DNA from: Nymphaea colorata
Lineage: Eukaryota
Assembly (NCBI RefSeq): GCF_008831285.2
Contig: NC_045138.2
Span: 17,174,001 to 17,238,000, forward strand
DNA length: 64,000 nt
Direction: 5' to 3'
The notes under the pieces are model-generated. The model was given only the letters and a program-made list of their open reading frames with translations. It was not told the DNA's origin and searched no databases. Position 1 is the first letter of the stretch, and each line of letters opens with the position of its first letter. Position numbers and translations under genes: made by a program. Of this stretch, positions 1 through 13,148 are shown piece by piece.

Positions 1-189
1 ATTCGAAAGTATGAAAATTCAATAATTGGTATACAATATCCAATTCGAATCGAATGCAACCTTTTCAACGTCCCTATCCATGCATGGAAGGAACATCAGA
101 AACCATCTCCTCCTTCGAGAAGCGTTCTGTTTTATGTCCTTGGGAACACACATCAAACACCCTCGATGGATCTCAAGTAGTTGAAGTAC

Positions 190-2300
190 CTGATCCCGCG
201 GACGACCGCAAGGTGAGCATCACAAACAACACCCACAAGCTCAATCTTGTAGGGATGCCTTTCCTTCACTCCCTTCTCGCTTGGGACGTCGTCTTCTTCA
301 GCTTCCTCCCAGTAACTCTCTGTCACAGAGCCATCATCTGCAACCTTGTACCCGACTCCCATCCTGTAGCGCTTCCGGTGGACGTTCCGAACCATCTCAA
401 TCGTCTGCCGCACGAACGGCTCCCACGACAAGGTCCCGTCCATGATCACGTCCCGCCCTTCGTTCAGTGCGGTCACCAGCAGCGATGAAGCCGCATCGGT
501 CGATGACTGGTGCACCTGATTTTACCAAATGCATCGAAGAATTCAAATCAGTATTCATGCACGGCAAAATTTCATCTCCTCTTCACATTTGATTCGCGTA
601 CATCATATCTGTTTTGTTTCCCTTTTTCTTATTCTTTTATGCAGCAATACGTGGTCTTCTGTTCTGTTCTGTTTTCCTGCTCAGCATTTCTTCCTCTCTC
701 TCTTTCTTTTTTTCCTTTTTTTTTTTTTAATTTTATTTTATGGCAGGTCAGCTTTTCTCACTTTTATTCGTCAAATTAAAACTCTCTTTTACTTGATATT
801 CGGTATTTCCTTTTTCGATAATTAATAACATAATTTTTCATTGAGTAGGGAGGTCCTAAGTCTCTTTGCTTTAATGCCGATGCACTCATTAGATTAACTA
901 TAATTTTACATTCATGAGGAGAGGCCCTCAATTTATTTGCTTTAATGTCGATGAACTCATTAAATTAACTATAAGGAATCAAATATCAATATATGAACTT
1001 TTGATTTTAATTTCTTAAAACATGCAATATAAATGTAATGGCAAGTTGTATTTATTGGATTAACTACAATAAATCAAAAAATGACTTAAATCTTAATTAT
1101 ATTGATACTTGTGATTTTAATCTCTTAAATCATTCAATATAAATGTAACAACAAGTTAAATCCAACCTAAATACATTGTGTTTGTGCGAAAGTTTCGACC
1201 AATTATGCTATAAGCCAGTTGACAAGGGAGAGAAAGGGGGAGAGAAATACCAACTCGGCCGTGTGGATAATATCATCGTGTCCTCTAGCACTAAGGGCTC
1301 GAAAAAGAACGTCTGTCTCCTTGAATGCATCCGCCTCAACCACCACTGCCTCCTTCGCCGCCTCTGCCCAATAACCCCTGCATTTCAGCCCACCCATTCA
1401 GTCCTATTAGCTCCTCATCAAGACCCACCCACCCACATGGGTCCGAGCCATCTGGAACCCACTTTGCCTAAATACCCACAAGAAAAGTAGAAGAGGACCG
1501 TAACGGTCCGGTTTAGGTCAAGTTCAGTTTGCCCGGCTCATACTTTCTCATGATCTTCTTCAGCACCGTGCTCTTGCCTGCACCCATGCCACCACCCATG
1601 AAAAGGAGGACCGGTCTCGGGTCTTTGGTCTTTGCGGTGACCGTCTCGACGGCACGTGGCAAGTCCCGCTTCGTTCTGATTGCATTGATCTCGTCAACCA
1701 ACGTCGAGAAAACCCTAGTCACCTTGAGGTTCTTGGTCACCTTGTCGATCCTTTGTTTCCTGTGGGCATCAACGGGCTCAGTGCAGGTCAAGTGAGTCTA
1801 AGTTGGTCCGCACCCGGTTAAGTTAGATTACAAAACTCACCTAGTAGCTGACATTACCATGCTTTTGAGCTTGCTCTTTTTCAGCTTACCGACGCTTAAA
1901 GCCTTCATAAAAGAAGCAAACAAGCACAATAATGAGCTAACTTTAGAGAGAGAAAAGGCCAGTAAATTCATTGTTAACCTCGTTAATGAAGGACGATGCG
2001 TGGCTCCAATGGAAGGCCAAGTAGCTAAGGATGCATGACTCGAGCTCATTAGTGAACAGCTCATGGAGTGCCGTTGGGTCATTTTGATTCTCGAAAAAAT
2101 CGTAGATTTCTTCCGGGCTACCCTTTGGATCTCTTAGGTAGTCATCAGCTAATTTGCAGAAGTTTGGGTATCGCTCTGCATCTTTGATGCCCAAGTGCCT
2201 AGCTGCATTTTCCAAAAACAATCTCCTCATATGTCTTATACTAAATGAGGGAAGATAGCTTTAATTAATTATCCTTATAAATACTCTAATTTAAATAATT

Positions 2301-2331
<31 letters not shown>

Positions 2332-3714
2332 TAAAGTTATTTAGATAAGATTTATTGATACATAGTATTGCATCGGGCAGTGTGTTCAATCACATCCTAA
2401 GCATGTTATGATTGGATGGAGAGCTCGGAGGATTTGAGTTCATATAAATATATATATAAGTTGGTAAACAACTTGGATAAGGAACAAAGACCAAACCCAT
2501 TAAAATTATTATTAAAGTATTTTTTTTGGCAACCTAAGAGATACAATTACTTTAAGCGCGATTCGTCAAGAAACATAGTTTAAGTTATCATTTTTTAATT
2601 TAATAACGTTTTCTGAATAATTGAAAAAATGAATGGTTTTTATAGTATTAACATTTTTTATAGTAGAAAGATAAACTTTTTTTCATAAAAATAATATGAA
2701 TTAAAGCACGATTTGTATTAAATTAATGTTTATAAACGCATAAAAATTCATTTAAAACAATTTTTAACACAAATTTAAGAGATTCGGATTTTACCGGTTT
2801 TTACCAAAATATGTATATAGCGGGAACCCCTTTCTGTGAAAATTTTCATTATTTGCTTTGCTGTTGTCGTTCGCTTTTCTATAATTCAATACGGATGATG
2901 GATGTGACCCCTCACATTTAGTTGGTTCCAATGGGTTTCTTTTTATATAAAGATAATTTTCTGTCGGTGGTTTTTTGCTGAGAAACAAAAATATATGCGT
3001 GGCATTTAACATGATCTGGGGCCGCCCATGGAAAGGTTTGGCCAATATCATTTTCCAAGACATAGAGTTTACCGTCCTTTTATGATGAATTTAACTATGC
3101 AAACATACTCATAAGATTGTTTAATAAGCTTATGTCATAAAATTCATTGAACACGTTAAAGCTAAGATTGTTTGACCCATTGTTTCATGATCTTTGGTGA
3201 ATGAGAAGCAAATGACTATATCTAGAGAGAAAGAGAGGTTTGACCCATTGTTTCATGATCCTTGGTGAATGAGAAGCAAATGACTATATCTAGAGAGAAA
3301 GAGAGAGCCGATAAAATGAGAATGTATATCAAACTTTAAAGACAAGAAATCTTCCGAAACAAACCCCAAAATAGAAGCAATAGGAAAAGATTATGTTTGT
3401 AGGAGTGCGTTGGAAAGGAAAACAAGTAAAGAAGAAATTTTTTTTTATGGAGCTTTCTTTGCAGCTTTTTATATATGAAAGGGCATTTACATACATAACA
3501 ACAGACATATTTAAAGATATTAATTTGAAAATGAAGATGTCAATTTGAAAATGAAGAAACCTTGAAAGGAAAGGTTGAGGGAAAGGAAGATGTAGCAGTG
3601 AACGTTACCAACGTAGTGAGAGAAGCGTTCAATCTTCTGGAGGCGACCATCGTCGCCGAAGACCAGGAAAGGGACGAGCTCCCGCTCGCTCCCTCTCGTC
3701 AGCTCGCGCTCCAT
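190..3714 (-). CDS. Zeta-toxin-domain P-loop kinase, calmodulin/Ca2+-dependent NAD kinase (NADKc)-like. Exons 3609-3714, 1979-2202, 1841-1902, 1544-1759, 1251-1377, 190-515; continues beyond the window start.
   Basis: GT-AG junctions join the exons in frame: ...KIERFSHYV|ARHLG...YLAFHWSHA...RKQRIDKVTKNLKVTRVFSTLV...PVLLFMGGGMGAGKSTVLK (Walker A)...VVEADAFKETD...HQSSTDAASSLLVTALNEGRDVIMDGTLSW...HPYKIELVGVVCD. These motifs match the plant At1g04280-like family as I recall it. The start codon is uncertain. Confidence 0.9.
836..972. repeat. Two degenerate ~70-bp tandem copies in an NADKc intron
   Basis: tttgctttaatg(c/t)cgatg(c/a)actcatta(g/a)attaactataa occurs twice. Confidence 0.7.
3170..3306. 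repeat. Near-perfect ~68-bp tandem duplication
   Basis: gtttgacccattgtttcatgatc(t/c)ttggtgaatgagaagcaaatgactatatctagagagaaagagag x2. Confidence 0.9.
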
Positions 3715-4014
3715 TGCAGCGAAGCAGCCGGACAGCACCTTGCTCCGAAACGCACTTGGAAAAGAAAAGAACAAGAAGATAAAAGAGAGAACAGCGACGC
3801 TGGCTCCAAGAAACGTGATCTCTTCTGTTATGTCTTCCTCCCTTTCTCCGTGGAGAAATGTCTGTTTTCCCTGCGGCGGAGAAATAGATGCAGGAGTTTT
3901 GACTGCGAGAGGAAGACGAGACGGAGACGGATGGGGGGACTGTTCAGTTGTTGAAACTTGATGAGAGTGGTGGGTCGGTGGGGACTGCAGAGTCCCCATA
4001 ATTAAATATGACGT

Positions 4015-4312
4015 TGTGCGACTCGAGGTAACTCGAGGTTGATTATGTTACAAACAAGTTGCGCTTGAACTTAATGGAAAACTCGAGTTCATGAACGAGT
4101 AAAGTTTAAATTACGTGAACTCAAACTCAATTAAACTTAGAATAAGCAATTTCATTCTAGTTTTTGATTTGTAATTTTCAAACTTAAAATTATAGGAAGA
4201 GATTAAGTCAAATGAAGAGTTTGGTAAATTAGCTTAAACGAATCAAGCTCGAGCCGAGACTTGGTCTATTGAGTGAGTTTGACCGAGCTCAACTTGCAGA
4301 TGTGCAGCCCTA
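4015..4312. mobile_element. Degenerate CTCGAG/GAGCTC-rich MITE in the NADKc promoter
   Basis: Repeated actcgag/gagctc motifs; ends in cagcccta like the copy at 39147-39499. Confidence 0.5.
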
Positions 4313-6092
4313 TTTAAATGGTTGTGGAAGTTTCTTATTGATTTAAAAGACTCGGGATGGCGTCTGTTGGCATGAGAAGGATTTAGAATGAAGAGTTTCG
4401 AGTAGATTTTTTTTTTTCTTAAAAAACGGTCATTTGTAGTCGCAGAGGTGAATTCTCTCTACTTTTCTTGGGAACTTTTACGCCTTATACGGTATGAGAT
4501 GTTTGAAATTTGACTAATTAGATTCAATATAGTCAATTTAAGATTCAAAATGAGAGCTTAAATAAGATGCAAGGCTAAGAGTTAGATGTGTTTGTTAGAT
4601 CTCAGTTGGATATCATGTTCTTTCACAAATCCAACCAAGTGAATTCAACATGAGACATAAAATCAAATATATCTAATCCATCCACATCTCTACCTTTTGG
4701 TGGTTCCCAGCGAGCTATATTTTATATAGCCTTGGGTGAAATTCATCGATGAGGTGAACACGGCGTATTTGAGATCTTCATTACTAACTAATTGAATCTA
4801 AGACAAACGCGTATCACCATATCTGCTTATCGCATATATTTTCAAATGCAGTAAGAATATCTAACGTATTTTTAACTAAAAATATAGGTTAACAAGTGCT
4901 TTTCAAGTGTATGCTGAGGTCAAAACAACCATTGAATTTGTGATGGACTCCAATTTTAGATATGAAGCTACCAAGAGCACAGCCATAGGGTAAGGACAAA
5001 AATAAAAAATTAAAGTGGGTAGCAAGATCCTTTGGATTTGTGGTAGCATCCAATTTATATATGTATCATACATAGCCAAAGGTAAGGAAAAAGAAGAAAA
5101 AACAAAAACAAAAAGACAAAAGTAAAATGGGTAGGCTTTCAAAGTGGGGGAAAAAAAAAACAAAAGAAAAACTCTCATTTTTTATGGCCTCTATATTCTT
5201 CACGTTTAGGGTTTATAAAACATGTTAGTACAAGTGCATTGAGGATGTGACGGCGGTCACATTGAAAAGTCCCTTTATGAAGTGAACTGTATATGGATTT
5301 ACTCAAGATCATGTCTGATAATGTTAGATATTTCAGGGTATATCATGTATATGTCAATTGTCATGAGCCACAAAGTTTTCATCACTTACTTTAAGGTCGA
5401 CTGGTTATTTTTTATTTTTTTTTCTCATTATTTTTACTTTTTTTTTGTTCAAAAAATAAAAAAGGCCGATTCGCAAGAAATTGTTCGTCCCAGTATGGAA
5501 ATCTAGCTCTTAAATTTGTTTCCGACGAAAATAATATGTTCTTTGAGACACAAAATTTGATCTACTTTAGCTAGTCGCTTGTAGATCTGGAATACAATTG
5601 AATTCTTGATTTTTGAATCATGAAAAGAACCAAAATACATGTAGGACTTCCAAAAAAAAAAAAAAATCAAAGATTGATGAGTTTCAACTTACCAACCTCG
5701 TGAATCACATGCTGAGGTTTAGATCTAAACATCCAAAGAGAAATAAAAGCTAATTATTAATGGTAGATGCACCTAAGAAATATACTGCTAAAATACACAT
5801 GTTTGTTGGATACTGACTTGGGCTTCCGTTATTTAAAACATTTAATATATTTTTTAATATTTTTACAGTGTCTTGACAGGTAATGCATTCCTGATACAAT
5901 ATGCAAAATAAGAGTTTCTTCCATGGAGTAAAAAGACTGACGAACTTAGGTGCCTCGAAACTGATGCCGCACCATTCGCGTGGGGCGGGACGTCGGACTT
6001 AAAATATTCAAAGTGGTAAGAATATGCCACAAATGTTCTGAACGCTCTACCTGTCAAAAAATGAACTTGACTGTCCTATTATCTGTCTGACG

Positions 6093-6521
6093 TAGGGGTG
6101 AACAATGAGCTTAACTCGTTAAATCTTGACTTGTAAATGAGTTTGAGTCAAATCATTTGCTTAATGAGTCGAGCTCCAGTTTCATGAGTCGACAGGTTCA
6201 AACAATCAAGTTGAGGTGAAGCTCAACACGTAACTGCCAAGTCGAGCTCGAGCTTTAGTCGAGTTTGTCGAGCCTTAATCAAGTCGATATATTCAAACAA
6301 GTTTACGAGTTTGTCGAACCTTAATCGAGTCAAGCTCGACCTCAACACGTAATGATGAATATCTATTCTATTCAAACGAGTTTGTCGAGCTTTAATCGAG
6401 TCGAGCTTGAACTCAACACGTAACTGCCGAGTCGAGCTGCTTCTGTCGAGCGAGCTTTCATTAGTTGAGCCGAGCTCAATCTGACTGAACTCGGGCTCGA
6501 CTCGGCTCGTGTTCACCCATA
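6093..6521. mobile_element. hAT-type MITE, GAGCTCGA-rich family
   Basis: TIRs TAGGGGTGAACA...TGTTCACCCATA; degenerate 8-bp TSD (gtctgacg/tcctgatg); a homologue in opposite orientation lies at 58495-58957. Confidence 0.8.
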
Positions 6522-8587
6522 TCCTGATGCCGATACAACTCTAAAACAAAAAGGGGGTTGTGGAGGAGAAGAACGTTTTACTCACGTTTGGGTGGTGGGA
6601 TAACCTTCTGTTCACCCAACGAATGATCTTGACCAATGGTTTAACGAATGATCTTGACCAATGGTTTTCTTCATAGATACTGTTGCAAGTAAAAAACTAT
6701 GTATACACACACACAAATAGCTATCAACGAAGAGTTCCTCATCACAGAAAACCCAAAAAAAGAAAAATTAATGTTACTATTTCACTGTTGGGGCAATTCC
6801 ATGGCTGACATGAAATCCAACATCAAAGCTGAAATGGGTACTCAGAACTACCGCCAATAAAGCAGCATTTTCCATGAAGGAAGGCCCACAAGCTGACAGC
6901 CAAGATGCATTCTCCTAGCTAGTTCAAATTCACCTTCAATCCCTTGCATCTAAAGATCAGTAAGCTACAAAAAAAGGTTGAGAAAATACGACAGACATTT
7001 AGGTGGAAGAAAATAGGAATGTGAAGATGCATATCACCTCTAGTCAAGGGAATCTGGAAACATTTCCTAATCTTGGAGATACAATGGGAATACCAAAACC
7101 CAGTCCAACAAAAATTTGTTTGGATGTGAAATGCACGGCTGTTTTGGTTCTAGCTTTGCATAGTGCTCAAGACCCAAGTAGGAGACTGAGATGGAGATCA
7201 TTAAGTGCTAAGTTGAAAAATACAAGCTAGAAAGTCAATAAGCTGGGCCACACATACTTGACTAATTGGCTAAACTCAAGATTCTGTGAACAATTGCGAT
7301 CTTTCTACCTGGATGTTGGTGCTCTATCTTCGCTTGTTGGTTCTTGTCTAATCTGTCCACAAGGCCAAAAGAGGTGGAAAGACTTTCTCTGTGGACAGGA
7401 GGGAATGAACAATAGGTTATTGCAGGTGGTGGACAAGGAGATAAACTCCTCACCGTAGCGACAAAAAAGCGTATTATTAAAAAAAAAGTGTTCGAAATGT
7501 CAAAAGCTGGTTAGCCGAATAACATGTGGAAAAAAAGTTCTCTTAAAAAAAACATCAAAAATGAAAAAACCATTCGCACTTTTTTCACTTTTTCATGTTT
7601 TCCACATTTTTTCGTGTTTTTTGCAGCTTGTACTTACCAAAATTTTATTTCCACATTCTCCGCATTTTAATTTTAAGATTTGGGACACTTTTCTTTTTCT
7701 TGCCAAAAGATTAATTGTTTTAAAAATTTGCTGAAATTTTGCATTTTTTTTCCGTAAAAAACAACTTTGTCGTCTTATACCTGTACAAAAGCTCATCATG
7801 TAAAACCCGAAATCGATATTTGTGGCCATGTTCCTCACATACAATTCGCAAAAGGAAAATGGATCCAGTGCCAATGCTAACAACAATGGCTTTTTAAGTG
7901 AACCAATTAGGGTTCTGGTCCTCACACATGATGGTAAGACTAACCAGCTTAGAATAGAACTCAATTACTGGCATTCTCATACTATATGATCAGATATAGA
8001 ACCTCCTTTTTCTACTTAATGAGTTGAAAGAAAAAAAAGATATTAACAGTGGCTGATGATTAAACAACATTGTGGAACCTTGAATCGCATTTAAGGTTTG
8101 GTCCATGGCTTCGTCCATTTCAAAATACTGGATCAAATGTCACTGATTTTCAATTGATTAGTTAGATTCTACAAAAAGTTTCTACATTCAGTTACCAATC
8201 CAATTCATATTTTGGTATGTAGCAATCGAATCTGAATCCAAATTTGATATAAGACTGAGATTGAATAACGATCCAATCCATGGATATTCTTATGCTAGTC
8301 TAATCTTAATTAGATTTAAAAGAAAATGTTCCAAACTCAAGTGGAAATTTGGATTTGATTACCTAAAACATATTAGGTCGAATTTGTTATCTCCGAGAGG
8401 GTTGGTACAACGGTCTAAGCGGGGCCAGTAGACAGCAAGTTTCTGTATCTTCAAGTTGAAGCATAATTGTTGTACTTTTTTCAAGGCATCATAAGCAACT
8501 CTAGACCTTAAAAGATGGATGAGCGAAAGTAGGAGGGTTGCTTCAGTGGCAAAGCACGCACTCTCAAAGCGAATCCCCAAAGCACTC

Positions 8588-8697
8588 GTAACTTCAAATT
8601 GCTGAAGCTTCTAAATGAAATTGCTGAAGCTGACTGATTCATATCAGAGCAAAGTCAGTAACTTTAAATTGCTGAAGCTTCTAAATGAAATTGCTGA
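8588..8697. repeat. Direct repeat, ~40 bp x2
   Basis: gtaactt(c/t)aaattgctgaagcttctaaatgaaattgctga occurs twice. Confidence 0.8.
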
Positions 8698-10191
8698 CCT
8701 CTTATGAAGAGTGTTTATTCAGATAAAACTCTTTGGTAATGATCACCATGAATGACATACAATTGCCTCCATCAAACTTAGTATGGTGAGCACTTTTTAA
8801 GATTTGTCTAACTTGAATCAATGACTTTTAGTATCAAGAACCATTCAATACGATTGCAATGACCATCAAATTTCATAAGCACTTTGAACGATTTGTCCGA
8901 CCTGAATGAATCATCAGTCATTCACTCACTCGATGAGCTCTAAAATCAAGTTGAATTTGTTAAAGTTGGATTCAGCCATAACCTGAACTGTTTAAATATT
9001 CATAATCATAGTCCACAACTTAACATATGCACAATTATTGCAACTTCAACTTATAGGTGCAATTAATTCAACTTCAACTTATGGCCCATGAACTAGCTCC
9101 CATGAGCAAATGAAAACGAGATCCAAGGTTCTTTTCGTCACACATTATTATATCTCGACTCTTCGTGTCAAATTATGTAAGTATTGTCACCTCCACACAA
9201 TTAAACAAAATGCAAAAAATAAGGGAAATTTTTAAAAGCACGCTTAAGAATTGGCAGTAATGAAAAACATTACTAAATTTTTCTTATTTTTTAAAGGAAA
9301 TTTAAATTTTTCTATGGTTAGTCAAAGAGATATTGCTTAGCGCATTTAAACTTTTGTTCAATGGCTACTAAAACCATCATGTAATCATGTATTAATATTA
9401 ATGAAATTATAATTTATTTTCACTAGAAGTATTTTGGTTTTTTATCAGCTTTTCCTAAGCTTAAATTAATAATAACCTACCATTAGTAGGCAGATTATCA
9501 TTTTTTACTAATGGTGTAAACTTAGGCGACTTGTTGCGGGCTCCTCCTGAAAATTTACAAAAAGATAATTGTAGCAAAGTTAAATAAAATCCTTGACGCA
9601 TTTGTTTTGAAACTTTAGTTTTTTGCTCCAAAAAATTCTGGCATATATGTTAATGTTAGTGTAAATATGTCAAATAAATTAACCAAACCACTAATTTTCA
9701 CTGCCAATATTATTACAAACATATAAACAAATGGCTTTCATAATACATTAATCCCTTCAGAATCCTATCCGATGCATAATATCACCAGAAACATGCTGAA
9801 ATTTGTGAACTATGATTGTATTTCTCTTTTTGCTTTCGAGTTCCAAAGGGTTAGGCACACCCCTCTTGTTCATTCCGAAATAAGGTGATTTGTGTAAAGC
9901 GATCAGGCATACATCAGAAAACACTGAATCACCCAACATACCCAAGAAATCCGCAACTCCTATTCTAGTTTCTTAATTAGAAGGAAAGAAAAAGATCACC
10001 ATGTTCATGACCATGGTTATTTACACCCCAATAATCCAACCTTTACCCAACACCAACTTTACCTTGTTCAACAGATAGATAATATGAAAAAGAAGAAGGA
10101 AAAATAACATGAGAACTTTGGCTAAATTTTCTTTCTGTCGCTGTCTAATTGCCTAATGATATGAACAACAGAACAAACTCCTGGGTATATT

Positions 10192-10339
10192 GGCAGGAAG
10201 CAGAAGGAAAGAGTAACGAGAAAACTATTGGTATGAGTGGAATAGGAAAGACATAACATTTACAATATGGAGTAAAAAGCGTCTTCCCTATTCCACCTAA
10301 CCTGAGTCTTCCAGAGACTCCTTCCCTCTTCTCACTGCC
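10192..10339 (-). ncRNA. MIR482: miR482/2118-family precursor hairpin 1; predicted mature ~10230-10251 UCUUUCCUAUUCCACUCAUACC (3' arm)
   Basis: The 5' arm GGTTAGGTGGAATAGGGAAGAC (10281-10302) pairs with the mature-like 3' arm and there is an extended lower stem. The sequence fits the miR482 consensus UCUUUCCUAnUCCnCnCAUnCC. Confidence 0.88.
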
Positions 10340-10390
10340 CTTTCTCCATTGCTGCTGCTTGCGTTCTGCTGCTACTGTTGTAACAACAAG

Positions 10391-10541
10391 CAAAAGAAGC
10401 ACAAGGAAAGAGTGAAAGAAAAACCATGGCATGGGTGGTATGGGGAAGCCAAGAGCTCAGTTGTCTGCCAAAAGCATTAATGGCCTCCCCGACACAACCC
10501 AGCCTCCGTTTTTCTGAGCACTCCCTCCCTCTGCCCTTTTG
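10391..10541 (-). ncRNA. MIR482: miR482/2118-family precursor hairpin 2; predicted mature ~10426-10447 UUCCCCAUACCACCCAUGCCAU
   Basis: The 5' arm GGCTGGGTTGTGTCGGGGAGGCCA pairs with TGGCTTCCCCATACCACCCATGCC; flanks AGAAAAAC/GTTTTTCT and a further lower stem. Confidence 0.85.
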
Positions 10542-13148
10542 TCGCTTCCTCTTCAACTCTCTCCACCAAAGCTCCTAACCAGAAGAAGGGGTTAGATTAC
10601 AAGCCAAGCGAGTAAAAGGCCATGGATGGCAGGACAGTGGTTTTGTAAAACTGCTTTAGTTGCCCATGGTTTCAAAGGGCAGCTTCCTCCCGCTGTCCCT
10701 CTTTTCAATTCTTTAATGGGGATGCTCCTGCATGGAAGAACTGGTTTTAATGCGGGTGTTGACTCCGTGCTCGACAATAATGCAAGCTCTGGTGGCCCAC
10801 TGGTCACGGCCATCGAGGCAGCCGAGAAGCTGCCGGGTGGCGGGTGGGTATCCCATTTGAGAAACTCGGAAAACTTATTGAAGTGCTCGTGAATTGCTGG
10901 ATATTTCCGAAGGACTACGCCCAACAATAGTTGGGCACCCTACCATACTGTGGACACGTTTGCTTCCTGCAAATTCAGATAAGGATTTACTCATCTGTCA
11001 ACAATTGATGGGAGGGACGGCGGTCTGTGGGTCTGTATCTGACGCCTCCTAGTTTGACAGCGGAAAAGGCGGAATCTGATTAGATGGTATCTGTTTTTAA
11101 TTGATTTCTAGATATTGTTTTTTAAAATTTCAGACTAATTCGCTGGCTTGGTTGGACTTGGCTAAAAGTGTTAAATAGTTAGTTTCAGAAATAATAAAGG
11201 AAAAGTAAGTAATTAAGTAATATGTAAAAAAATGTTTAACGAAGTTTAGACTATACATGGCCTCCTTGAATCAAACACCGAATCAACCATCAATTCTGGA
11301 CTTATAATAACATTGAGTTAGGCTATATATATGATTTGTAAAGATTACATGGCACCTGAGAAATGGAAAAAGCAGCTAAAGAATGGTTATAAAAGAACGA
11401 CCGTTAGGGCTATGGGCTAAATAAAGTCAGGGGCATGGACTATGGGCAAATGTGTTTTCAAAGTCAGTAATCCTGTTGTGGAAGCAGTGAGCCTAGATTC
11501 CAATGAAATTTTTATAGCATTTTGAACTTTGTTGGTGGCTGCCATTTTTTAGAAAACTTTATAAAATTAGTTGTAAATGAAGGTTATTGCTGTAATTAAC
11601 CATCATATTCGCATTTCTAGCTCTTTTGAGAGTTAACACAAAAAGGTAGGTTGAAGACTGAGCTAGCGGCTCATTGAGGGGGCATTTGATTGCCCTTGTT
11701 CTAACATCCTCACGATTTGAGAATAATGGATTTAAGATCAAAACTCTACTTTCTCCTATCTTATCAACTTGATGTTTCTTGTATAGTTTTTCACACTTAC
11801 TAGTATGATTAACGGACAAGAGATGAGAGATTAGTTCCTCATACTATCAATTTGTTCTCTTCGCTTTCCGGACATGAACATTTTGATGCTGCAAACTGAT
11901 AGAGATTACCTTAACCTCAGCTTTGTTTATCATTGGATTAAAATGCGTCTGTTGTCAAACATAAACTGCGACAAGTGTCTACATGTGAATTAACCACAGC
12001 TTAATTTTTTTGCAGGCTTAGAATTGTGTGTTTGATTGGAAAGAGCTTCATTGGTTACCAGGGAGCCTTGCCTATCTACCAATTCTATAAATGCTTAACT
12101 TGATCGTGAAAACCAACGGAGCTAAATCAAGTTACCCATTATGTCGTTGTTTTATGTTTGGTACACATCTCAATCAATAATTTTCTTGCCCAGTGATTCT
12201 TGGGTAATGGATGTGATGGAAACTAGTAGGCAGCTGCCCAAACGCTCTCTTGTTTGGCGGTAGGATAAAATACTCTACTAGATGCACAGTATGAACCAAA
12301 AACGTACTTATACAGAACAATCAAACTGACCTAGCTGGAATAAGCTCACAACGCCTGAATGTGGGCTTGGCCAGTCTAACTCAGCGCAAGGCTCTCATTA
12401 CCGCGCAGACCATGCTTCTAAGTCCCATTAACCGGGTTTTTAAACCTTTGTATGGAATAAGTTTAACCTATGTGACTCAAAACTCAAAATTTCAAGACCT
12501 GTGAAGATGAAGTAGGATGTAACCAAAGTTGAAGAAGGGAAATAGTTACCAAAGTTTGATTATCTTACAATGTCTTTTCTTATCCCTTTTTATCTGTTTC
12601 TTCATCACTTATGGTGTGTTTTGGCTGCCACAAATGTCATTTTTCAATTTCAGAAAGATACGGAGAGAGTGGGGGTTAAAGACCCTTCAATCAAAATCTG
12701 TTTGCTTCTTGGCTCACATTTCCTATTTTTGATATGTACATGGCGGAAATTTATCCTCAAGCACCAATCTTCTGTTTTCATTTCCACGCAGAAGATAACT
12801 AAGAGCCAGCCTTTGCTCAAACATGGTGCAAAATCAACTGATCTTTAATAAAAAAATAAAAATAAAAATAAAAATTAAGCAGCCTGCTATTTTCTTATAC
12901 TCAGCAAATCTTCGTTGAAATCCATGTCTAAATGGCTTTTAGGAGCCGTGGAAATCCATTGAGCAGTCCTATATCACCCTTCTCAGTTGGTCCAAAAGTG
13001 ATCAATTTCCAAAGGATCAGTCATGTTATGTCACAAGTTGAAGAAGATGAAGTTACGAGAAAACATCTTTCTAAGTAACAATACTATGCATAAATAAGCC
13101 ATATTTGAATTAAGGAACATACCTTTGCAGCATCAGGGTTCCTCCATC

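Noticed and set aside
1570..1600. NADKc P-loop (GGGMGAGKS) as a cis target of the neighbouring miR482s
   Set aside because: Pairing needs a 3-nt gap or several 5'-region mismatches, so it is not a plausible cleavage site.
6223..6516. ORFs within GAGCTCGA-rich segments
   Set aside because: Chance ORFs inside non-autonomous MITEs; no transposase motifs.
10592..10927. 111-aa ORF and the overlapping antisense ORF as proteins
   Set aside because: Non-ATG start for the 111-aa ORF, an in-frame stop just after the splice acceptor, and no recognisable domain in either.
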